Shown here in pieces: positions 1 through 10,794 of a stretch of DNA of 64,000 nt. How positions within the stretch are numbered: the first letter of the stretch is position 1; the number at the start of each line of letters is the position of its first letter. The position numbers were made by a program, and so were the translations under genes. Below the pieces are notes generated by a model that saw nothing but the letters and a program-made list of their open reading frames with translations, was not told where the DNA came from and ran no database searches. The DNA comes from Takakia lepidozioides (taxonomy: Eukaryota > Plantae > Bryophyta): positions 74,586,001 through 74,650,000 of the forward strand of contig CM060733.1 of NCBI GenBank assembly GCA_030704615.1, read 5' to 3'.

Positions 1-137
1 ACGGGGCCGAAAACGGCTAAGTCCCAGATCTGACTGGCACCCAAAATCGGAAATTCGGCGCCATTTTTCCATTTCTGGGCCCAGTCAGATCTGGGACTTA
101 GCCATTTTCGGCCCCGATCTGGAAAAATAGAGCCGGG

Positions 138-169
<32 letters not shown>

Positions 170-688
170 GATATTTTTCTAGTTCGGGGCCGAAAACGGC
201 TAAGTCCCAGATTTGACTGGAACCCAAAATCGGAAATTCGGCGCCATTTTTCCAGTTCTGGGCCCAGTCAGATCTGGGACTTAGCCATTTTCGGCCTCGA
301 ACAAGAAAAATGGCGCGGGAAAAAAAAAAAACAAAAAAAAAAAAAAAAAAAAACGCCATTTTTTTGTTCGGGGGCCGAAAACGGCTAAGTCCCAGATCTG
401 ACTGTCACCCAAAATCGGAAATTCGGCGCCATTTTTCCATTTCTGGGCCCAGTCAGATCTGGGACTTACCCATTTTCGGCCCCGAACTGGAAAAATGGCG
501 CCGGAAAAAAAAAAAAAAAAAAAAAAAAAAAACGCCATTTTTACAGTTCGGGGCCGAAAACGGCTAAGTCCCAGATCTGACTGGCACCCAAAATCGGAAA
601 TTCGGCGCCATTTTTCCAGTTCCGGGCCCAGTCAGATCTGGGACTTAGCCATTTCAGGCCCCGAACGAGAAAAATGGCGCCGAAAAAA

Positions 689-722
<34 letters not shown>

Positions 723-1390
723 GCCATTTTTTCTAGTTTGGGGTCGAAAACGGCTAAGTCCCAGATCTGACTGGCACCCAAATTCGGAAATTCGGCGCCA
801 TTTTTCCAGTTCGGGCCCAGTCAGATCTGGGACTTAGCCATTTTCGGCCCCGAACTCGAAAAATGGCGCCGGGAAAAAAAAAAAAAAAAAAAAAAAAAAA
901 CCGCCATTTTTACAGTTCGGGGGCCGAAAACGGCTAAGTCCCAGATCTGACTGGCACCCAAAATCGGAAATTCGGCGCCATTTTTCCATTTCTGGGCCCA
1001 GTCAGATCTGGGACTTAGCCATTTTCGGCCCCGAAATGGAAAAATGGCGCCATTTTTCCAGTTCTGGGCCCCGAAAATGGCTAAGTCCCTACGATGGCTG
1101 GAACCGCAACTAGAAATTCGGCACCATTTTTCCAGTTCCGCGCCCTATCAGATTTGGGACTTAGCCATTTTCGGGCCCGAACTGGAAAAATGGCGTCATT
1201 TTTCCAGTTCCGCGCCCTATCAGATCTGGGACTTAGCCATTTTCGGGCCTGAACTGGAAAAATGGCGCCATTTTTCCAGTTCGGGCCCGAAAATGGCTAA
1301 GTCCCTAGGGTGGCTGGCACCAAAATCGGAAATTCGGCGCCATTTTTCCAGTTCCGGGCCCAGTCAGATCTGGGACTTAGCCATTTTCGG
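1..1390. repeat. Tandem array of ~180-bp units with poly-A tracts (subterminal array of MULE family B)
   Basis: Each unit contains GGCTAAGTCCCAGATCTGACTGG ... CCAGTCAGATCTGGGACTTAGCC (23-bp inverted arms) around AAATTCGGCGCCATTTTTCC. The array is the reverse complement of the array at ~31600-33050. Confidence 0.95.
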
Positions 1391-1559
1391 CAAGTAAATG
1401 CAATAAAATGTTGCATTTCAAGTCCACTGGTGTCACATTCCACCTTCACATGACCCTATTTCCGTGCCTCCTAACCCTATTTCCGTGGACTTACAATGGT
1501 CTGCTCATGCTTTTTTTTTTCCCGCTCATGCTCATTCCGCTTATGAAATAGCAGCCCCC
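1..1559 (-). mobile_element. Terminus of a MULE family B element (inverted duplicate of the end at 31449)
   Basis: The reverse complement of 1539-1559 reads GGGGGCTGCTATTTCATAAGC, followed by CATGAGC repeats. It has the same terminus and the same flank as 31449. Confidence 0.8.
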
Positions 1560-1575
1560 ATGATTTCTATGCAGG

Positions 1576-2111
1576 TTGTTAGGCCCCCTTGCCAACGACA
1601 TCCTAAAGCTTAGAGGAGACTTCTACTCTGGATGTCATCCAGGTGCAGCTGTGTTCTATGTTTCTGTTGAGAGGATTGATGGGTCTACTATAGATGTGGG
1701 TCCTGATATCATCTCTACATGGGATAGTCATTGGAAAATAGCCAATGATGAGTTTGAGAAGTATCTTGAGTCCAAGCCAAAGTTGCATCATCTTCGGGGG
1801 AAGATGTTTCATGTCTGGGATGGGAATCATAGGCTTCAAGCATGGTATCCCTATATCAATGAAGTTCATGGGGCCAACTTGTCAAGACATGTCTGTGTGA
1901 CAAGTTGGGTGCTCAATGCCGACATTGAAAATCGTGGTTCCCTCAGGTCCATCATGGATGGAGTGAATGTGTGAGTTTCCTTTCTATTCTTCATTTACTT
2001 TCATGTTCAATGTTGTCATGTTCTTGGTACATATACACATCTTCTTTCTAATGATCACATTTTGTATGTGAAGGGCAACAGAGAGGGCACATGTTACATC
2101 CAAATTTGTAC
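1576..2111 (+). pseudogene. Duplicated fragment of ParB-MTase cargo gene paralogue B (ParB-like exon, intron, start of next exon)
   Basis: ORF 1576-1974 contains GKMFHVWDGNHRLQAW (ParB/Srx DGxHR motif). There is an AG acceptor just before the ORF and a GTGAGT donor at ~1971. The segment is near-identical to the reverse complement of 31026-31448 joined to ~19885-20016. Confidence 0.8.
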
Positions 2112-3180
2112 CGGGTTGTTCACAACCTGTCTGACTCAGACGAGGTCATGGAAGTTCCGAGATCGTCCTAGAGATCAGGCAAGTCCTCAATGGACGTTAG
2201 TGGAGGAGGGAGTTATATTCCCAGCACGAGCACCGCAGTTCGATCTATTCTTGAAATTCTGCGAGGGCTTCACCTGGAGGGACATCGGTCGGAGCTGGCC
2301 GGGCTGGACTACATCAAGTTCGCAATTAAATTGGTTACATGCCTTCCCGCCGACGTCGACGGTAATATCTTCTTTGAGTTCCCTCCTCGGGCGGACTACT
2401 CGAGGGCGTCCGGAATGTTGACAGATATGGATAGAAAACATGACGGTCATCCTTGGTGCGTTACCAAAACCACCAGCATGAAGATGCTCGATGGTTTCCG
2501 GTGCGCTACGTTGTTTGTGCGGGCGCGTTGCGGTGTTTCTCCCCAACTTGCTTCCACTTTAAATCCAGAGGTCACAGGAACGAGACCGATTGGATAGGCA
2601 CAGCTCATCAACCATTTCGAGCTCAGGAGAAGGTTCCGAACTCCACATTTAAGTGTGCGCATTGCAAAGAACCACCACACTGCATGTCTGTTTGTAATGC
2701 CAAGCAGTTCTATGTGTTGCACCGTTTCCCTGACCTCACCCGAGCTTGCATACACGTTGGTTCCCATTGTCACAAATTGGCGAGGGGGAACAAAAATGGC
2801 GCCGAATTACCTGTCATGAGGGGACCTATAGCCGCGGAATTCGGCACTATTTTTCGCCAGAGAGACCTATTACCGCGAAATACGTCGCCGTTTTTTCAGG
2901 TTACGGACCCTATTACCGTGAAATTCGGCGCCATATTTGCACATGTCGCTGGGAATTGGCATGAGCGGAAGACGAAATATCATGAGCACAACTGTCAAAA
3001 CTACAATTTTCCCTTCATGGGGCCAAATAATATATTTGTTTTTTCTGACACATTGCATTAAATTAATGTTTTTTATTGTTTTTTATTTTCGAAATTTGTA
3101 CTTCTGCTCATGAAAACCGATTGTCTTACTACTCCGCTCATGCCGCTCATGCCGCTCATGCTCATGAAATAGCTAACCTC
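2112..3180 (+). mobile_element. Internally deleted MULE family B: transposase N-terminal (GCM-like) fragment joined to the right terminus
   Basis: 2112-2790 matches the reverse complement of ~43185-43865 (KHDGHPWC; CAHCKEPPHC; CIHVGSHCH). 2790-3180 resembles the reverse complement of 39838-40200 and ends ...CATGAAATAGCTAACCTC. Confidence 0.85.
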
Positions 3181-4516
3181 GTCTAGGGGTGTTGAATGAA
3201 GCACGCACCCTGTCACACACCATGCACCTAGCCACAAACTGTTGCACCTCTGTATGCATGCCACGCCACCAATACTGCCCTTGTAGTAAACTGTGAGTGC
3301 GTCACACTCCAAAATGCTCCAACTCCTCATGGGCATGCCGCACTAACCGTGCACGCTGTGTGGGGTGAGGCACAATCCTCACCCGACCATCCTCCCACAC
3401 TCGAAGTAGGTGTATCCCCTCCCACTTGAATCTCTTGGCTCGTTGCAGGATCCGATCCCTCTCCCTGGCAGTCACAGTGGCTGCCGTGTCTCTCGTGCGG
3501 AGGTAGTCTAACACAGCCGAATCCTCATGTATATCTCTGGCACCACCTGGCTCATCACTAGCCTCAGGGTCCTCAGACACTCCGTCTACAGTCATCCCTG
3601 TTGTAGGTCCAACCTGACCTCCCGATGCCAAGATACACAAAAATGCAGATGCGTGCCATCCCGGCACCATCTCCTCGTCCGTCTCACCATGCCACCGAGC
3701 TCCAGTGTCATCCTGCTGGCTCATGCATGGATTGCGACAATCCATCCGCATCCCAATTGACCAAACCCGGTCGATGCACAACCTGAAAGTCATACTCCTG
3801 GAGTATGAGTGCCCACCGTGCAAGCTTCCCCGTAAGCTTGTCTGACTCCATCAACCACTTGAGTGGCTGGTGATCCGTGACAAGGGTGAAAAGATTGCCG
3901 TATAGATAGCACCTGAAGTGTGCCACGGCCCACACTGCAGCTAAGCACTCTCCCTCATATGAGCTGTACTTAGCCTCTGCAGCGTTGTTCGAGCGGCTAG
4001 CATAAGCCACTACGAACTCTCTTCCCTCATCATCCCACCTGTGTGAGCACCGCTCCAAGCCCCAACATGCTCCAATCCGTATGCAGCTGAAAGGGACGCC
4101 CCCTGATAGGTTGTCTCAGGATAGGCGCCCAGGTCAACCTCGCCTTGAGCTCTTGAAAAGCTCGTTCCTGCTCATCTTCCCACTGCCACTCCTGGTCCAC
4201 CTTGGTCAGCTTGGTTAGAGCCTTTGCAATGGTACTAAATCCCTTGACAAACCGTCTATAATAGTTTGCCAACCCCATGAAAGCTCGAACTCCGTTCACA
4301 TCCGTGGGGCGTGGAATTTGTGCAATGGTCATTTGTGGCTGAAGCATACTCTCCACCAGAGAGCTCCACCAAACCTGCCTCCCAGAGATCTTGAGTCCTC
4401 ATCTGAATCAAAGACCTCTCCATGTCACTGTATCTATAGGGTCTCCGAAAGATTGGCGTGTCAGTGGCCAACTCAATACGGATCTCTTGACCCTTCAGTG
4501 CTCCCAAGTCCTTCAA
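3181..4516 (-). pseudogene. Gypsy pol remnant: RT N-terminus (catalytic core deleted), RNase H, integrase HHCC zinc finger
   Basis: PIFRRPYRYS...GLVE (RT start) jumps directly to VRAFMGLANYYRRFVKGF. RNase H motifs are LHTDWSMLGLGAVL, VVAYASR..YSSYEGECLA and TDHQPLKWL. The integrase zinc finger reads HAHEELEHFGV*RT...QYWWRGM...RCMVCDR. Confidence 0.9.
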
Positions 4517-4974
4517 ACTGAAGGCAAAGCAATTCCTGTAAGCCCTCAGGAACCGCCGTATACGTCGTCTCTCTCCTCCGGTGACAATGGGTCCAATGTC
4601 AGGCTCCCAATTGTCCTCCGTAACTGCAACCTTAAGTCCAGTGGGCTTAGAGGTAGAGGACGCGTCCAGTGGTTGCTATGTTGCAACCTCTTGAGCAGTA
4701 CTCCCTACCTGTTCAGTCAGTGACAATGCCTCATCCTGCCCCATCATCTTATCCTCAAGGACTTCCTCCACCCGAGAAAAATCCCCAACCTCATCTTTCA
4801 CCGCCACCTTGGCTGCCAACTCCCTCTGAACCTCGAGCACCTCCCACGTGTGCCATGGATGCCTGCACCCCGTGGTCCTCACATACTCGCCCCCACTCAC
4901 TGCCTGTACCATCTCGGTAGGCAGAGAGACCATTGAGGGAAGTGTACTCCGCACTCTACGTTGCTCAGCCATAG

Positions 4975-5915
4975 CCAAGCTGATAATCCAGGTCAAGCAA
5001 TTTGATCCATTGCTTGCCCCACACCTGACGACGTGATGCCTCAGAAAGAGACGACACCGCCGTGGTACCAGTGGGAAATACCCATTGCCCGCTCATGCTC
5101 GTCAGCATTAGGCTCCACTAACTGCTGCAACTGAGCATCCCACAGGAGGCCAGGTCCACTATCCCGGAAAGCATGTGATCCTGGGAAGCTGAGCAGTGTA
5201 GGTAATGCTGCTCGTGGTTGACCCACCTTATTGACCACTGCCAAAGGCGAACGGTCATCGTGTCTAACACGCTGAGACTGCCTCCCTGTGTCCAAAATGT
5301 TATCCACTGTGAGATGTGCTGGCCGCTGCACCCCATCAAATGCACGCTTGAGCAGTGCGGGTGGCATCAAGTTAGTCCACCATAGTCGTGGACGATGAGC
5401 CCGTGACCCCACTGTAGCTGCATCTAGCAACACTTCTGACCCAAGCCACGACCGGACTTGATGCACACTGGCCATCACCCTGGCCCAAGAATCGCCCATT
5501 AGTGGCACATTCTCCAAGATGTATACTGGAGATACAGCTTGATGAATCTGCAAGTGGCGCAAAACCCGCACCATCTCCCAAAACAGACCCGACCTCGAGT
5601 CTCGCAATCCATTGCCATGCCTGGCTGATGAATGCCCTTGGCAGGGGCCACTACCAGATCAATGGAGCCAACCTGCTCCAAATCCTGCGCCCCCAGCAAC
5701 GAAATGTTTGCTGACGAGGCTTGTTGGTATCCACGAACTGCAGACACTGGCAACAAATCAGGGTACTGCTGTACCAACTGAGCAACATGGCACAGTGAGA
5801 CGCGTCGTGCAATCTCATCCTTCTCCACATACAGGTAACGTCGAACTCGTACACCTGCCTACAGCACTGCAGCCAATCCAGTGCTGATCCCGCCAAACAA
5901 GTCCAGAAGGCATGC
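4975..5915 (-). pseudogene. C5-cytosine DNA methyltransferase domain (DNMT3-like) inside Gypsy pol
   Basis: Motif I LLDLFGGISTG (~5905-5875), motif II YVEKD, IDLVVA then PCQG after a frameshift (motif IV, ~5640), motif VI YILENV, motif VIII HRPRLWWTNL, motif IX ERAMG and motif X-like GQAMD. There is an in-frame TAG near 5860. Confidence 0.88.
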
Positions 5916-6249
5916 CTTCATCCGGGCACTACCACACAAGAGGTGTGGTGTCCAATGGTGACAACTGAGGTGGTCCTGGTGCAATCACCACACTCTCCTC
6001 TTCCCCTGACGGTACAAAGGCCTCTACCCAGGCTTGTTGCACCCGTCCATCAGCAGCCTGCTGCAAATCTTTGCCCGTACCCCACAATGGAGTGTGAGCA
6101 ACCATGGCAGGCAACTCCGCCGTACCATGCATGTCATCTTGCTCTGCGGGAGGTGGCACATCCTCTGCATGGGCATTGCCATCCAGCAACTCTCCAGGCC
6201 AACTAACTGCAGCTGTAAAGGTGGCTAGTGTTGGCATCCTGCCCCGCTA

Positions 6250-6811
6250 GGCAGCCGCAATACCTCCAATGAATGTCACAGGGAGCTGTACACGACGACC
6301 CTCCCCTAACTACCATCCAGGCCTATAGGAAGCTGACTCCTCCCAAAAATCCAGGGTGAAGCCCATGGGGTACAACACTGCCCCACCAACCAGGACATCG
6401 TACGAGACGGCGTCTGTCACAATGGCCTTGGTTCGCATCGCTGAACCATCTGTAGGGTGATCCGACTGTAGTCCAATGGCCAACTCATGCCGTGTCATGC
6501 CCCGAGCCTGCTCTGATCCTCCCAGAGATGTCTGTATCTGGAAAAGACAAGGCTCCATATCCGCCTCCATGAGGCCCAAACCTGCACTAGCAGCTCTGCC
6601 CAACATCAGTGGCTGAGCTCCCGAGTCCAACAAGACCCGCAGGCCGGTACTTCTTGCCTGCCGGTCCACTCAAAGTGAAAATGCCATCCTAGTTGTCTAA
6701 CAAGACAACTGCAGGTGTCACCATGGCGCGCTCAAAGGCTGGCCTAGCTGGCAGCTCCGTCAACCTGGCAGCTGCATCTTGCCATGGCGCAGCCGTGGCA
6801 GTCTTGACCCT
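6250..6811 (-). pseudogene. Retroviral-type aspartic protease of the DNMT-carrying Gypsy
   Basis: RVLLDSGAQPLMLG and the downstream YDVLVGGAVL motif. Confidence 0.85.
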
Positions 6812-9215
6812 CAACGGCCAAACGGAAAGAGTGAATTCCGTAGTGAAGCAGATCTTGCGGAATTACGTGTCGGCAGACCAATCAGACTGGGTGGAACACT
6901 TAGACATGGTAGAGTTCTGTTTTAATAACACAAAACACTCCGCAACAGGAGTTTCCCCTTTCGTATTGGTCTATGGAAAAGCACCTTTGGTGCCGACAAG
7001 TTGGGCCGCCCAGGACGTTGAGGAACCGGCAGTAGCGGCAGTACTAGAAGAACGCGAGCGTTTGTTGAAGCTCGCAAAGTACAACATTGCCAAAGCGAGG
7101 AAACGGTATGAAAGGCAGGCGAATCGGAAGCGGAGGGAAGTGAAGTTTGAGGCAGGCACGGAGGTCTGGTTGAACATCAAGAATTTCCGACTACCTCCGG
7201 AAGTGAGTCCAAAACTCGTACCTCCGTATGCGGGACCCTTTCGCATCCGGAAGGTTATGAATGAGGATGTGTATGAATTGGAGCTGCCGGCAAACAGCAA
7301 GGTGCATCCAGTATTTCATGTCTCCCTTTTGAAGCCTTACTTCAAAGATGAAGCGCGTCCGAATCGGCATCAAGTGTTGCGTCCGCCACCTGTGCTGTTG
7401 GATCATGAAAATGAACCTGAGTACGAGGTGGAGGCAGTACTTAAGTCAAGGAGGTTCAAGAACCGAGAAACGGAGTATCTCGTCAAATGGAAGGGCTATC
7501 ATCATGTGGAGGCATCTTGGGTGCGTGCCTCAGAAATGGGAAACGCATCCGAGGCGGTTGCAGTTTTCGAAGGGCGACCTCAAAAGCGGAAGAAGCGTTG
7601 ATGGGGACATCAACCTTGGAGTGTGGGGGGGAGGAAATGCATGCTTAGCCCGGCTTAGCTAGCTCAGGAATCCGATTGCAAAAACTTGTATTGTACAAAA
7701 AATTTGTTATAAAGGAAATGGGTTCCAAATGTTGTGTGTCCTATTTTGTTTGGAATGGTGATGCATGGTGTGGTTGGCTAGTGTGTAGAATGCATGCTAG
7801 CTTACAAAAGAGGGAGAGGTAAATTGGGTTAATCGTGTGTTTGCGCAGTGCCAAAATCGGGTGACTCCCATCCGAGGGGCAAGGAAACATGCGCCTTTTT
7901 TGGGAGTTCACGTGCTAGTGCGCACCTGGCGCGTGCGTGTACTATAATTGCGCTACCGAGGTGGTTGCCTTGTAGTGCGGGCTAACGCGGAAGCTATGTG
8001 CTTCCGTTCACGTACTATAATCGTGTAGCCTCGGACGAAGTCGTAGTGTGGCTTCGACGTGTTCCCGTACCATGCCAGCATTCCAAGACGGACCCAATTG
8101 TAGTGATTGGGGCGCACGGTTGGTTCAAGGTTATTCCTAGTCAAAGGGGGTTCGAGGTGAACCCTTGCGCAAAGTGATGCCAAAAGCGGCATCAGGAGCG
8201 ATCTCAAGCAATGTTGCAGTAAGGCGATTTGATCCTCGGGGAGGATCGTTCCTTGACCTTGAAGAAGGCCAAGAAGAGTGCACTGGGAGGAGCTTGAGAG
8301 GCTCCACCCTGGCCGGGACTTGGAAGAAGTCTGCCGAACTAGCTAGTGGAGAGTAGAGTCAAGTGTGGGGTTTGGTTCTTTGCCATGGGATGCCAAGGTA
8401 CGGAAACAAACTCCTTGATGTGGGACGCCACAACTTGGATGTTCGTTTCTACAAAATGGACAAGTCGATGAGGACATCGACTCCCTGTTGGTAGGGGTGT
8501 GTGTGGCGGCCCTTTGCCTTGAGGGCAGGGGGTCGGGACACATGAGGGGCTGCCCCTATGGTGGGGGCAGCGGCAGCGATAGGTATGGGGGGCTGAAGCA
8601 CCCTTGAGTGCCCAAGGCACTCAAGGAGGCGGAGGCGCTCACTAGGCGGAGCCCCGCACACCGGGTTGCGGTGGCTCCACAAGGGGTGATGGTAGCTTAG
8701 CGGACTTAGTGGGGGTGGCATAGGACTCACCATGGGCGGAGACCTTGTGGTGGGAGTCGTGGGGAGTCTTGGGACTCATCACGGTCCATAGGGGCCGTGG
8801 TGAGTGGGCCAAGACTCACCGCGACTCATCACCGGGAGTCGAGGGTTTTCGTGGTGGTTCGCCATAAAATGGCATGACTGGTTGTGAAACCCCCGCGGAT
8901 AGCTACAGAAGTATATATAGGGAGTAGTAACCCCGAGAACGGTGCAAGCCCGTTGGTGACCAAAAATTAGTGAGGAAGCGAGCGAGCTGGAAAGCGACCA
9001 AAGAGTGGGGAGCTGTTCCGGACTGCCAACTACCAAAGGGAATTCCCGCTGGTTCCAAATCGGTGGAGGGTTCTTTGGGAGTTCAAAGGGGGACCATTAT
9101 GCCCCGGTGAGCAGCCGAAGCTCCAAGTTGGTCCGGCGGCCAGGTTGGGAGTTAGCGCGCATCAAGCTAGCAACTATGACCTGAAGGGGAGCTTACCGAA
9201 GTGAGGTGCGCGACA
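6812..9215 (+). mobile_element. 3' half of a chromovirus-type Gypsy: integrase C-terminus, chromodomain, PPT and 3' LTR
   Basis: NGQTERVN...HSATGVSPF...KLVPPYAGPF...VHPVFHVSLLKPY...EYEVEAVL..YLVKWKGY (6812-7601). A polypurine tract GGGGGGGAGGAAA lies at ~7625-7637. The LTR runs from ~7638 (TG) to 9215 (...CGCGACA), after which the interrupted gag resumes. Confidence 0.85.
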
Positions 9216-9390
9216 CACCAACTGTCGAACTCCTGGATAAAGTCATCCAGCTCAATTGTGCCCACAGCTCCAGAGTACCTACGAGGCCCCTTGGTAGCTC
9301 CATACTCCTCCATGTCGTCCCACAACAATGGCGAATGAAAACTGCACACCTGTTGATGAAGCCTCCGAGTCTGTGTCTGACTCTGCACTA
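9216..9390 (-). pseudogene. gag N-terminal fragment of the DNMT-carrying Gypsy
   Basis: PRRYSGAVGTIELDDFIQEFDSWC resembles the PxxF/YxG...xxxF/W start of retrotransposon gag. Confidence 0.6.
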
Positions 9391-10044
9391 GTTGAGGGTG
9401 GAGTGAAGGTGGTCTGAAACGAATACCTCATCTGAACCCACTCTCACTGCTACTGCATGTAGCCATATTCCCCTCAGAACCCCTGGGTAACTCCGTGATG
9501 ACACTCACAATGTGCACCTCCCCCACGTGATACTATAAGGCTCTAGTACTAATTCTAATAGTGACACGGGTAGGCACCTGTTGCAGTTTAAGGGTCATAT
9601 CCCAGTGGCTCAGGGCACCTGCACCTGCATCCACCGCAAGAACTCCTATGGTTGGCTGGTCATCAACCCAGTCTCACCATAGAAGAAACACTGGTGGTCT
9701 TGCTGGTCATCACTCCAGCACCCACCGACAGCATACTCTAGGATTGACCGGTGATCAAATCCGGCCTAATCCCTATGAAAGCAAGCGCCCACACAAAACC
9801 AACATGGCGCACAGTCAAGCATGCAGGTGTTGGGGGGGATCCAAACACAAGAAATCAAAACATCAACACCCCCACACCAAAATCCATCTGCAATGCTGAT
9901 CCTGTAGAATATCCCAGCCCCAAATCCCAGACTGACTGGCCTCCACCAAGAGAGGCTTTGGCAACTACAAGTACAAAGTAATGAAAATAGTAAAGAGATG
10001 GAGGGGAAGAATAGAAGCCCGACCAAGCAAGATCTAATCCTGAT

Positions 10045-10794
10045 CTATGCTATCAACTGCCAGACTTCTCTCAAAGTGCCTCGCTCTGCATGATGGTAAG
10101 GTGTAGGCGGTATATCTATGTCCAGAAACCTGCCACTAACCTTGTCCCAAGCTACAGTAGCTCGCTCTAACCAACCCTCCTCCTCTTTCCGTGAGGTAGA
10201 GACAAAGCAGTACTCCCCTATCTCCCGCTCACTGAACACTAAAAAAAATAAAGGTAGGGTGTGACAGTCTCTCAACTCGAAAGCTTTGAGACGGTTGTGG
10301 GTGTCCTCATTGCGAATGACTGCATCTCCTTCAAGCAAAACAAACTTGTCATTGCCAATGAACCCCCGCTCGTGGTTGCCTTGTGCAGAGCGTGTCCGGC
10401 TGCAACCATGTCTGATTGCACAAACTTGTGTAGCTCCTGCTCCTCTGCTCCAGTACACCACGGCCTTGTGGCTGAACACCTTGGTCCCCGGGGCTATCTT
10501 TGGCTGTGTTCCAAGCCTAGCTTTCACCCAGTTTGGTATTTCACCTACAGCTGCAGAACTGCTGGCTCCAACAGAGTTCTGACTGTCAAAAGCAATATTG
10601 AGGCCCTCAACGCCAACTACAGCAGTTTGTTGTCTACTGCTAATGCCTGACTCCCAGTATGCAATCAACTCGTCCAACTGTTCTCCACTCAAATCAGTAT
10701 GAGTTCCTTGGGAAACATAAATCTTGTCCCCTTGTGTGCACAGGCTAAGAGAAGAGACCTGCCCTTCAATGACGTCCTCATTTCCCCCAGCCAT
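10045..10794 (-). CDS. Unknown 249-aa ORF in the 5' region of the DNMT-carrying Gypsy
   Basis: Long open frame on the same strand as gag-pol, upstream of gag. No motif recognised. Confidence 0.3.
   Translation of the reverse strand: MAGGNEDVIEGQVSSLSLCTQGDKIYVSQGTHTDLSGEQLDELIAYWESGISSRQQTAVVGVEGLNIAFDSQNSVGASSSAAVGEIPNWVKARLGTQPKIAPGTKVFSHKAVVYWSRGAGATQVCAIRHGCSRTRSAQGNHERGFIGNDKFVLLEGDAVIRNEDTHNRLKAFELRDCHTLPLFFLVFSEREIGEYCFVSTSRKEEEGWLERATVAWDKVSGRFLDIDIPPTPYHHAERGTLREVWQLIA

Noticed and set aside
281-1397. Lys/Phe-rich ORFs in the terminal arrays (also 31675-35720 and 48564-49156)
   Set aside because: They are translations of tandem repeats and poly-A/T tracts in several frames, with no protein-like signal.
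6693-7601. 302-aa ORF as a single gene
   Set aside because: It is chimeric: the first ~40 codons are antisense Gypsy gag/protease sequence fused at ~6812 to a chromovirus integrase C-terminus.
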